Assembly (NCBI RefSeq): GCF_022539665.2
Contig: NC_081331.1
Location: forward strand, 3,782,001 to 3,846,000
From: Daphnia carinata
Taxonomy: Eukaryota
Reading direction: 5' to 3'
Length of the DNA: 64,000 nt
Shown: positions 41,734 to 52,190 of the stretch, one piece after another
How positions within the stretch are numbered: the first letter of the stretch is position 1
How the letters are laid out: each line of letters starts with the position of its first letter
Made by a program: the position numbers and the translations under genes
Notes under the pieces: model-generated
What the model was told of the DNA's origin: nothing
The model's input: only the letters and a program-made list of their open reading frames with translations
Database searches by the model: none

Positions 41734-41790
41734 CTAGTATCTAGACCTGCCCGGATGGAGATCATATTGCTGTACTATATGATCTCCATC
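41734..41790 (-). mobile_element. Perfect 14-bp hairpin followed on the minus strand by CTAG; possible Helitron-type 3' terminus
   Basis: GATGGAGATCATAT-9nt-ATATGATCTCCATC at 41754-41790; the minus strand continues CGGGCAGGTCTAGATACTAGT. Confidence 0.35.
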
Positions 41791-44700
41791 TGATAGCTCT
41801 TACATCTCTATTCAGTTTTGCATTGGAATGGGGGGCCAATCCCATACCAATGCTTGACGTTTCGAGTTGTAATTGCTTACAGACTCTCGTACTAGTCCCC
41901 ATCATAGGGAGGGTACCATACCCAGTCGTTTCAAGTGCCGCTACATTAGGATGTTCACGCAACTATTATATACCGTGAATGACGACCCCAAACCATGTTG
42001 ATAACACAAGCGGGCATTTTCCGTCTTAAACTAACTCTCATTTAAATTCAGTGAAACTATTGCACAATGTAATAAATGAGCCGTTTCAAGAAAATAGTGA
42101 TAAAGAATATCCAAGGTAATTATAAAACAAAACACTTAAGTAAATGTTTAAAATTTTCAATTATTATGTAGCACTCACGAATTAGGGCGTGGCACCACGC
42201 ACCCTTAATGACATGCAAGAATACTCCATATCACCTTGCGGCCGATTTTGGCACTAATGCGTTCATGTATTGGCTTGGTGCTATTCTAGTTGTGAAGGGA
42301 AAGTAAGTTGGAGCCAATCTAGGTTTGTCATTATTTATTTTTGGCATTCGTATACCTGTATAAGTGGCTCTGTATGCAGCCCATTGCGTCTAGTGGGCCA
42401 TAATACTTCAATGATCCAGCTTTCTAAATTTCCGCTTTTGACAACCATGGCCTATGCCACATTCCCAGGGCTTATCAAGTCTAGTAGAAAAGTGTTTGTT
42501 CGTATTTACCGTACACTCTGTTGGCACCATGAATATTCCACAAAGGAATTTTTGAACGTTAGTTTACCAGGGCATATGCGTATAAGATTGGGTTCGATAT
42601 ATGATATACTTCCGCTTTTCTTTCGTTTTTCTCCTGAGTGAGTGAGTGATCTTCAGTGAGAGCATCTTGCAGGCATGTTGTAGCACAAAAAATTTTTTCT
42701 TTCAATTCCTGAATTCTTAATTTTATTATGCTAGGTGCTGCATTGTAATTGCAGAACAAAACCTGTACAACTATGATTCTTTTGTACAGCCGATGCAGTA
42801 TGGAATGCTTGAATCCTTATCTGACTAGAATGCAAGTGTCCAAAAAAGTGATGTGTTGCACTCAGTGTACTTATCTTAGTGGTACGACTTAAATCATTCT
42901 AATAGATAAACATCAAAGGGCAAAGATCTGCATCCTGACTGAGGTTCCTCAGCAAATGCAGTAGCAAGTTCCCATGCAAGTTTTAGCACACAACTTGTTC
43001 GTCTGTGATTCATCCCGAACATGCATGCAGTATGAAGTGATGGACAGGCAAATGTACAACTATATCTCATAAACATTGATCATCTGCCTTATATGTGTTC
43101 ATTGTTCTTCTAGGGGTGAAGTGTGGAAGATGCCAAAGGCCATTTTCATTACGTAGAGTGGAACTTAAATTTCTCTTGTTGGTTATTTCAAGGCAGTAAT
43201 AACTATGCTGTAAACAATTCATGAAACATGGTCATCTTTTCCTCTCAGTGATGAGGTGAGAAAAATTTATGGGGTAAATTAAAGAATCAATAAATTTCTT
43301 TTCTGGCAAAAAAGGCATTGCAGAAGCAAATCCGAAAAATGGGCAAAAAAGTTATTCGTTCCACCCATCCCATAAGAAAATGCTGCAGAGATCACCAAAG
43401 TATAGAGCAAATGATTTCCTGTGGTCTGATCAACATGCTAAATCCACAAGACGTAAGTCATTTCGTTCAAAGAATTCCTAATGAAGATTTTCAGTTTCTT
43501 CTGAAGAATCGAAAACATTCATCTTAAGGACATGATCCTGACCCGTAGCAATTATCTTCACACAATGGTTGCAACGATTTTCAAAACCGAACAGGATCCA
43601 AGTAACGTAATATTAAAAATTTCTAAATCCAAGTGTAGGCAGGTCTTGAATGGCAAACGAGCGCCTAATGGTTATGAAGTTCGCAGTTTGCTCCACTTTC
43701 CGCGCCATTTCAAAATCCTCGCTGCCAAAAGAGTTGTTTCTAACACTATTCTTCTGGACCGGCGCCCACAGAACTAAATTTACATGCAAAGAGTGGTCGT
43801 GAGGATTTGGCTGATCACTACAGTAAAAACTGCAGAGAGTGGGTAAACTTTTACGTTAAGTGACCAAAACGATTGTCATTATAATATGTTTTCGTAGGTG
43901 CGTATTGTACAACAACGATTTGTTAAATCCTTGGAGTATCATCGTTGCAAATACAATTCGACTGGGAGAAATACTGCCGGTAAGACGATTGTTTGGATTA
44001 ACCTACCTTAAAGCCAAAGATCTCTGTAGATTTTCGAAGAGCTCTTGATCGTATTATAGCAACGCATGCAGATGAAGATCTGCTGGATCACATTACCACA
44101 ATTTTTTACGACAATTATGGAAACGATCCCTTTAAATCGGTTGCGGTCGACTTCAAACATAAACTTAAGTAATCCATGCTTTTTGCCAGTTGATAAAGCA
44201 TTTTAAGGGTACTATTTGGCATCGGTTGTATTTTTCTGGAGGTTAAAGTCAAACAAGTATAGAAAGTACGGGAGCATTACAAAACTGAATGTCGCCACCC
44301 TTGACAGTGGATACAATTTGGAGTGCATTACCGTAAGTAAACTAGTGGAGCTTTGCAAATTTTTTAAAGAGATGTATCACCGTATGAACCGGGCATAACA
44401 GCGTTAAATTTTTTCACAGCTAGTTACTTCAAATAAATCCCCTGGTATGTTGCACATGTGACTATGTATTGTGCTTGGAAACGGCTGCCTGTGAGCTTTG
44501 CGCCCAGAGCATTGGTGAACACGGCACTCATTCGACGTAAAATACGTTTTTCACTCGTGCGTCATCAATGGGCATCATATAGTGAGTTCCTAGGTATGCA
44601 AGGAACTTTCGTCAGTGATAAGATTTGTGACTTTGTATCCCGGCAATTTTCAGGATTTAGGAAATATTTAACATCTCGAAGGCCACCAGTACAGCTGTTA

Positions 44701-45235
44701 GCTGCAGCTCCTAATCTATGTCGTCGCGGAATATGCGCTATGAGTAAGAAAAGAAAAAACAATGCCATGAGAAGTAAACCTTGGTAACCATTTTCTTCCT
44801 GGTTTTTACTTCTGTCTTTTATAAGTGACAAGATAATTTGAAGAAGCATATCTGGCCGATGACCGCTTCAATGTTGATTAAAATGGACGTGAACCGAATC
44901 CGCTTGCTGAAATCAGATATGGCTTCAAATTGATTGGAATCTATCGTAAATGCTGAAGCTCCCATTGTTTGCCTTAAGGGATGCCATATGAACCTTTGCT
45001 TAAAGTAAGGCAATCTGAATGCAGTCGTACTACAATACGTACATGAAGTTGTATCGCAAGTCAAATGTATGGCGAAAAATTTCGATCCTGATTCAGTTTA
45101 AGCCGAAGAACAATAATGGAACTTTACTTTCTAGTCTTCTCCAACAGACAGTCGTTTTACAAATCTACACCACGTATTACGGGGGGAATAGCTAAGTTTT
45201 TGAAAAAAAATAAAATAAAAAATGGGAAAAGTCGG

Positions 45236-45470
45236 GCTTATTTTGTAGGGCTTATTTTAAAAGCTGGCCGAACATAATTTCCCGCGGACAGCGCTGCAAA
45301 TTCACCAGCCTCTAGCGGCTGAAATCAAAACTATTTTTTGACATATGATTCTCATTGTTTACTTTGTTGTTACGTTGAAAGCATGTATTTGAGTTTACTT
45401 CATCGGAATAGCTTGTTGTTTTTACCTCCACCCCTATTATTGATGTGCAAATTTTACGCTGCTTCGTTAC
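45236..45470 (-). repeat. Repeat module A, inverted relative to 57176-57420
   Basis: Reverse complement gives GGTAACGAAGCAG..TTTGCACATCAATAATAGGGGTGGAG..TAAACAATGAGAATCA..CGCTAGAGGCTG..GGCCAGCTTTTAAAATAAGCCCTACAAAATAAGC, collinear with 57176-57420. Confidence 0.8.
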
Positions 45471-45799
45471 CAACACAAAATATAAGCTGTTGGGCATAGA
45501 ACAAGATAAGGAAGGAAACAAGTGGTTGTGATAAAAAAAAAAGCATCAGCACCACTGGCAAGAATGTAAACATGAAGACTTGTTATGGACAATATCTACA
45601 ATTGGTACAAATGACACATGGGGTGAAACCACAGTATGACGAAATAGCTTGACGACGTATGACAACCGCAAAGTACGCTACAGCGCTAGCACGATGCAGC
45701 AGAAAAATCGGTGAGTGTATGCAGAGAATTACCTAGAAATCTGACCGGGAGGCGGCGATTTTTTTCATTAAGTTAATCGTTTTTGAAATAGTAAATTCT

Positions 45800-46163
45800 A
45801 CTGCATCACGCTAGCGCTGTACCGTATTGGCGCGCTAGCATTGCGTCAAATGTTCGGTGTATTTAAAAAACAATTAACTTAATGAAAGAAATAGCAATTT
45901 TACCGGAATCAGCATTCAATTTTGAGTATATCCTGTGATATTCAACCAATTCCGATGGGTTTCAATTTTTTCAGAAAAATTTTTAAGCCCGACCGAGAAA
46001 TCTCGGGCTTATTTAGTCGGCCTTATTTAGTCGGCCTTAAAAATTTTTTCGGTCAGTGTATGTAGAGAATTAACCAGAAATGTGACCGGTAGATGACAAT
46101 AGCAGTAAAAACAGAAAAAAGGCCAATATTTTTATTTTTATTTTGGGTTAAACGGATTGCCAT
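45800..46163 (+). mobile_element. Dispersed repeat module B (non-autonomous DNA-element-like), copy 2
   Basis: GCTGTA..TGGCGCGCTAGCATTGCGTCAAAT...CGGAATCAGCATTCAATTTTGAGTATA...GACCGGTAGATG...ACGGATTGCCAT shared with 57420-57755 and, in part, 35468-35628. Confidence 0.8.
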
Positions 46164-46346
46164 TATGGCAATCCGTTTTACCTATGGCAATCCGTTTTAC
46201 ATAAAAAAAAAAAAAAATGGCGGAAAAAAAAATCGCACTTTTTTCTTTTTTTCCGACACGTAGCCATCTACCGCTCAGACTCATTATTACTGGCGTAGGC
46301 AATTTCAGTCCATTGGATGCCATTTGCAGTTAGTTCAGTAGCGTGA

Positions 46347-47400
46347 ATGGAGAATAACGCGTGGCTGGAGGAACAATTGAAAAATGGATAAGATAATACA
46401 ACAAAAGGATGGTAGGTATAAACATTATTATATTGGTTTTCAATTATTAATTATTGTTTATTACATCAAATTATGAAGCTGCAGGCCCAATTATTGGAAC
46501 AACACAAAATATTAGATAACAGCAAAGCTAAGGATGGTAAGGCCTAATATGTAATGATTCTATTTATTTGCTTTTATTCATTTGTGTTTTGTAGCTCAAA
46601 TTTTGAGTCTACATGCTCAGTTACTGGAAAACAGACAAATTAGAATGGGACACTTTCCAAACAGTGAAGGAGGTTTTTCCAAACTCATCCCTAACTGAAC
46701 ATGAGGATGAGTTGGCGTTAGGCGAACACAGTCAGGTACCTAAACTTTTCAAATAAGAATTCAAAATAAGTATAGAATTTTAAAAAACAATTATTTATTG
46801 TTTAGTTATTCAGTCCACCACATGACAGTGTGTTAAATTTAAATTCTGTTAGTGCTGCACTAAAAGAATCGTTAGTAATAAGCTCATGCAGTGAAGGAAC
46901 TGAACAATTGTGGGAACGTATTTGGGCCGAAAATGGGTGTGGTACAGAAACCCAGAAATGGCACAAGTTCAACATGAAACATGGATTAGGTACTTTTCGG
47001 TTTTTTGTCTATCGAAAAAGTATTTTTAATGCTATTATTTTGCATTCACAGATTTTAACGGGGGATCAAATCAAGTCTGGAAGTGTTACAGGATGGAAGA
47101 GTGAGCCTACAGATGAAAAACACTGAGAGTGCATTACCGTAAGGTATGAGGTAAATTAATAGAGTAATGCAAATTGCCTAATGAGAAGTACCATCTTGTG
47201 TTAATGAATCCAGTACAACAGCAATCCTTTATAGTTCTGTCACAGCTAGAAGCCTCAAATAATTCTGCTTCTCTGTCTAAAGAACAACTTGTCCTTTACG
47301 TTCAGAGTGTTGGGGAAACTGGGTACTTAAATGGCCCTAAAGATGTTTTAATTTTGCTGCTATTGCAGAGATGAACATCATACATGGACTCTTTAGGTAT
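46347..47400 (+). pseudogene. Degenerate multi-exon gene in the palindrome arm (mirror copy on the minus strand at about 49960-51000), with a coiled-coil-like N-terminus
   Basis: Short exons separated by ~60-nt GT-AG introns give MDKIIQQKD-DQIMKLQAQLLEQHKILDNSKAKD-AQILSLHAQLLENRQ. Stops and frameshifts follow. One acceptor AG survives only in the right arm (50879-50880). Confidence 0.55.
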
Positions 47401-47862
47401 GAAAGGATTTTTCTTCAAATAATTTTGATTTTATGACGAAGAATTTCTCCTCCTTTTTGCCAACCAGGTCTTATCTACCAAAAAAAATTTTATCCAATAG
47501 GAAAGGATTTTCATGTATTGGGAACACAACTATCAACAATGCAACATTCTAGGGGTGTTATTTTATCCTTCAAGAGCCTTATACAATGATTTTCATCTAC
47601 AATTTGTATGGCCTTTCCCGAGCTTCTGCCAGAAGTTGAATCTATGAGTCATGTAAGTCACATGAGCAACAATTGAGATGCTTAATGGTGGTGTTTTTCT
47701 TTTCTCAGTGTAGGTTAATAGTAACATTGGATCTGAAAAAATTCTTGGTTGGGGCAAGACACTAAATAAATTGTAATGATTGGATGGATGACATGATATT
47801 TCTATACTTCATTCGGATTCCCGAGACGGTATTTGATATTTAAAAAATTGAAGTGCATATCT

Positions 47863-48226
47863 GGGCTCCCTTCCTTTCCGTAGCCCCGTTTCCCCTTGAC
47901 TCGTAATAAGCCCGTAGGGGGTCATGCCCCTACTGTACGGTATATATAAAAACAACATATACCGAGGTTTGGAGGGCTCTGGCCGGAAAGGGGACGTGGG
48001 GTGCCGCTTCGTCCGATGATGTGTTCACGGAGGGTGACGTGGCTGCCCACAAATCCGAACTAAAGGTTAATCGCTCCTGTAAAAATGTTCCAAATCTTCA
48101 GCTCTTCTTCCGGCTTCTCTTAGCCAATCACCGGGTAATCTCCCCGGTGGGTCAACAAGGCAGTGTCTCCCCCTGCCTGGGTTGACGGCAACTTTTGAAA
48201 GGGCTATTGTGCCTTTTTAAAGTTGC
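47863..48226 (+). ncRNA. Candidate structured RNA/ssDNA domain in the palindrome core (mirror copy 49134-49497, minus strand)
   Basis: Run of hairpins GTAGGGG/CCCCTAC, CGGTATAT/ATATACCG, CACCGGG/CCCGGTG, GTCAAC-AGGCAG/CTGCCT-GTTGAC and GCAACTTT-GAAAGG/CCTTTT-AAAGTTGC, plus a long-range TTCCTTTCCG/CGGAAAGGGG helix. G-U pairs favour this orientation. Confidence 0.5.
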
Positions 48227-48435
48227 AAAAATAATTGTAATGTGCAGAGAATTGTCAATAAAATTTTTTTTATAAAATATTTTTTGCAAAATTCGTTTCT
48301 TTCATTGTGTGTGTTAGCTTTGTTCACACATTGCATTTATCAATTTTTTTTTTGGCTTTGATTTATTTGTTTTTGTCACATTTGATGGTAAGGTGACGGG
48401 CATTGGTTTATCGTTTATCTGTAAGCATTCTATTA

Positions 48436-48499
48436 TTATCCAGGGATCGAACCCTGGATGTTCGGCATACCTCGCCGATGCTCTACCAATGAGCCACGA
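48436..48499 (-). other. tRNA-like element (A box + B box, D/anticodon/T arms, no acceptor stem); tRNA pseudogene or SINE-like head
   Basis: Minus strand TCGTGGCTCATTGGTAGAGC-A-TCGGC-GAGGTAT-GCCGA-AC-ATCCAGGG-TTCGAT-CCCTGGAT. Confidence 0.7.
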
Positions 48500-48624
48500 A
48501 TCATATGATTTTAAGTTGGCTTTTTTTTCTAGTCACTTGTGGACTTGCATTTACACTTAGAATAAAACTGAAATGCAATTCTGCAATATACTCTTCTACA
48601 TTATTCTACTACATTTTTACACAT

Positions 48625-48690
48625 CTACTCAGGTTTGAACCCAGGGTAACAGGTATCGCAGATAAAAGCTCTACCACAGAGCTAAGAACC
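48625..48690 (-). other. Second degenerate tRNA-like element
   Basis: Minus strand TAGCTCTGTGGTAGAGC (A box/D arm) ... CTGGGTTCAAACCTGAG (B box); the anticodon arm is degenerate. Confidence 0.6.
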
Positions 48691-48790
48691 TTATGGAAGC
48701 AATAGAAAGATAAACATATAGTTGTGAAAGACTGCATAAACATCCTAGACGATAACATATGATATGCGATAATAAAAAATTTAAATATAT

Positions 48791-48856
48791 CTCGTGGCTC
48801 AATGTTAGAGCATCGGCGTTGCACGCTGAATGTCTGGGGATCGGTTCCCATACGAG
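48791..48856 (+). other. Third tRNA-like element, inverted homologue of 48436-48499
   Basis: CTCGTGGCTCAATGTTAGAGC-A-TCGGC-GTTGCAC-GCTGA...TGGGGATCGGTTCCCA-TACGAG. 25/27 identical to the left element over the 5' half; B box decayed. Confidence 0.65.
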
Positions 48857-48939
48857 TAAAACAAAATACAAAATTACTGCATAAAATATCCAGATTGTTC
48901 CTTGAATCTAAGTTGAAGAATTCAAAAAGAATAAATAAT

Positions 48940-51310
48940 ACTTACAGATAAACGATAAACCAATGGAAACAATGCTTACCATCAAAGGTGACAGAAACAG
49001 TAAAGGTGAATTAAGCAAGCTAAATATAAAATGTGTAACGTGTGAATACAGACAATGAAAGAAACGAATTTTGCAAAAAATATTTTATAAAAAAAATTTT
49101 ATTGACAATTCTCTGCACATTACAATTATTTTTGCAACTTTAAAAAGGCACAATAGCCCTTTCAAAAGTTGCCGTCAACCCAGGCAGGGGGAGACACTGC
49201 CTTGTTGACCCACCGGGGAGATTACCCGGTGATTGGCTAAGAGAAGCCGGAAGAAGAGCTGAAGATTTGGAACATTTTTACAGGAGCGATTAACCTTTAG
49301 TTCGGATTTGTGGGCAGCCACGTCACCCTCCGTGAACACATCATCGGACGAAGCGGCACCCCACGTCCCCTTTCCGGCCAGAGCCCTCCAAACCTCGGTA
49401 TATGTTGTTTTTATATATACCGTACAGTAGGGGCATGACCCCCTACGGGCTTATTACGAGTCAAGGGGAAACGGGGCTACGGAAAGGAAGGGAGCCCAGA
49501 TATGCACTTCAATTTTTTAAATATCAAATACCGTCTCGGGAATCCGAATGAAGTATAGAAATATCATGTCATCCATCCAATCATTACAATTTATTTAGTG
49601 TCTTGCCCCAACCAAGAATTTTTTCAGATCCAATGTTACTATTAACCTACACTGAGAAAAGAAAAACAACACCATTAAGCATCTCAATTGTTGCTCATGT
49701 GACTTACATGACTCATAGATTCAACTTCTGGCAGAAGCTCGGGAAAGGCCATACAAATTGTAGATGAAAATCATTGTATAAGGCTCTTGAAGGATAAAAT
49801 AACACCCCTAGAATGTTGCATTGTTGATAGTTGTGTTCCCAGTATGCTGAAAATCCTTTCCTATTGGATAATTTTTTTTTTGTAGATTAGACATGGTTGG
49901 CAAAAAGGAGGAGAAAAGCTTCATCATAAATTCAAAAATTTTTCAAGAAAATTCCTTTCATACCTAAAGAGTCCATGTATGATGTTCATCGCTGCAATGC
50001 CAGTGAAGTGAAACATCTTTAGGGCCATTTAAGTACCCAGCTTCACCAACACTCTGAGTGTAAAGGACAAGTTGTTCTTTAGCAAGAGAAGCAGAATTAT
50101 TTGAGGCTTCTAGCTATAACAGAACTATAAAGGATTGTTGTTACACAGGATTCATTCACACAAGATGGTACTTCTCATTAGACAATTTGCATACTCTATT
50201 ACTTTACCTCATACCTTAATGGTAATGCACTTTCAGTGTTTTTCAACTGTAGGCTCACTCTTCCATCCTGTTACACTTCGAGACTTGACTTGATCCCCCA
50301 CTAAAATTCTGTGAATGCAAAATAATAGCATTAAAAATACTCTTTTGATAGACAAAAAACCGAAAAGTACCTAATTCATGTTTTATGTTGAACTCGTGCT
50401 ATTTCTGGGTTTCCGTACCACACCCATTTTCAGCCCAAATACGGTCCCACAATTGTTCACTTCCTTCGCTGCATGGACTTATTACTAACAATTCTTTTAG
50501 TGCACCACTAACAGAATTTAACTTTAACACACTGTCAGGTGGTAGACTGAATAACTAAACAATAAATAATTGTTTGTTAAAATTCTATACTTATTTTGAA
50601 TTCTTATTTGAAAAGTTTAGGCCTAATGCCAATTCATCCTCACGTTCAGTTAGGTTTGAGTTTGGAAAAACCTCCTTCACTGTTTGGAAACTGTTCCGTT
50701 CCAATTTGTTCTTTTCCCCTAGCTGAGCTTGTAGACTCAAAATTTGAGCTACAAAACACAAATGAATAAAAGCAAATAAATAGAATCATTACGTATTAGG
50801 CCTTACCATCCTTAGCATTGCTGTTATCTAATATTTTGTGTTGTTCCAATAATTGGGCCTGCAGCTTCATAATTTGATCTAATAAACAATAATTAATAAT
50901 TGAAAACCAATATAATAATCTTTATACTTACCATCCTTTTGTTGTATTATCTTATCCATTTTTCAATTGTTCCTCCAGCCACGAGTTTTTCTCCAGCCAC
51001 GCTACTCAATTAACTGCTAATGGGATACAATTAACTCAAATTGCTTACATGCCTATAATAACGAAACCGACTGGTAGATGGCTACGGGTAGAAAAAAGAG
51101 AAAAAAGTGTGATTTTTTTTTTTTTTTTTGGTTTTTTTTTTTTTTTTTTTATTTAAAACGGATTGCCATATTGCCATACGGATTGCCATAAAAGATAAAA
51201 GTATGGCAATCCGTTTTACCCCCCCCCCCCCCAAAAAAAAAATTCGGCCTTTTTTTCTTTTTACAAGTACCGTCATCTACCGGATTCTAATTAAGTCTCT
51301 AAATACAACT
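48940..51310 (-). repeat. Right arm of the palindrome
   Basis: Reverse complement of 46056-48425, with its own mutations such as a ~16-bp deletion near 50620 that removes a donor site. Confidence 0.95.
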
Positions 51311-51745
51311 TACATATTCTAGCCATGTAAATATAAAATTTTTTAAATTAATAACTTAATTTTATTAACATATAACTATACAGTAATTATTTTTTTATAT
51401 TCTACTTGCTTAACTTAATTATTATTACACGTATTAGTGATTCCGTTTTGTTAACAATCTACATAATTAAGGTGAAAACTAATCACATATTCGGAATCGA
51501 CGTTTATTTTGGTTTTGGCGGTAAATTGAAACAAAATTCCAAGCCAAAATTTTTGTCGGCATTATTTTATTATTTATTTTTTATTTACTTATCGAAATCA
51601 TAGATAAAGACGAGTGGTCTTTATCCTTGTCGAAATATTGAAAATATTTCTTTTTTAGATGTAAGATTTTTGACCTCGATCTGGTAACGTCGCGGGCAAG
51701 AATTGGTCTGAAGTCCTTCCTTCGCCATTTTGGATGTAGCCTTTA

Positions 51746-52190
51746 TCACGTATCATCGTCTGACGTATTGTCTGGTCTTTTACTATTTAAATACGCTTTC
51801 CTTTCTTGTAATTCCTTGGCTCGTAGACTCTGCACTGACCAACAAAGAAAATGCATTTTCACATTACCTTGTCCAAATTTAACATACTCGTCATTTAATT
51901 GATCATAGAAAACATTTTGCGGTACGCACAAATGCCTAAATCTTGATGGGAACTGTTTGCATGCAATGTTGAAATGCGTTTTCTTTTGGCGTAAAGTTTT
52001 TTTACTAGTATGGTAAACATCCAATCCATTCCTGCTTACTGAAGACTTTTTGTCAAAATTTTGAATCTCGGAATTTTGATATTGTATCTCATACAAACAT
52101 TCTTGCCTATGTCAGGAAATAGGGTACAGTAATTGCATGACACATTTTGAGTCTGCCGTCTGACTTGTACACATGTAATGGGAAATGTTT
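51746..52190 (-). pseudogene. Degenerate coding remnant of unknown family
   Basis: 116-aa ORF of ordinary protein-like composition (..KMHFLCWSVQSLRAKELQERKAYL..), preceded in another frame by SCNYCTLF (CxxC). Family not recognised. Confidence 0.3.

Larger units (their letters stand above)
46056..48425 (+). repeat. Left arm of a ~5.2-kb imperfect palindrome (pairs with 48940-51310)
   Basis: Reverse complement aligns with 48940-51310 along its length. 47519-48308 vs 49052-49841 differ at one position I could find; the outer parts carry scattered substitutions and small indels. Confidence 0.95.

Noticed and set aside
48436..48856. Functional tRNA genes (Thr-GGT, Ala-TGC)
   Set aside because: Acceptor stems are missing or partial, anticodon loops are non-canonical and one B box is decayed. 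Kept only as tRNA-like.
49350..49392. HDV-like ribozyme suggested by CACGTCCCC...CAGAGC
   Set aside because: P3 does not close and no P1/P1.1 partners were found. The segment pairs better as part of a long-range helix on the other strand.
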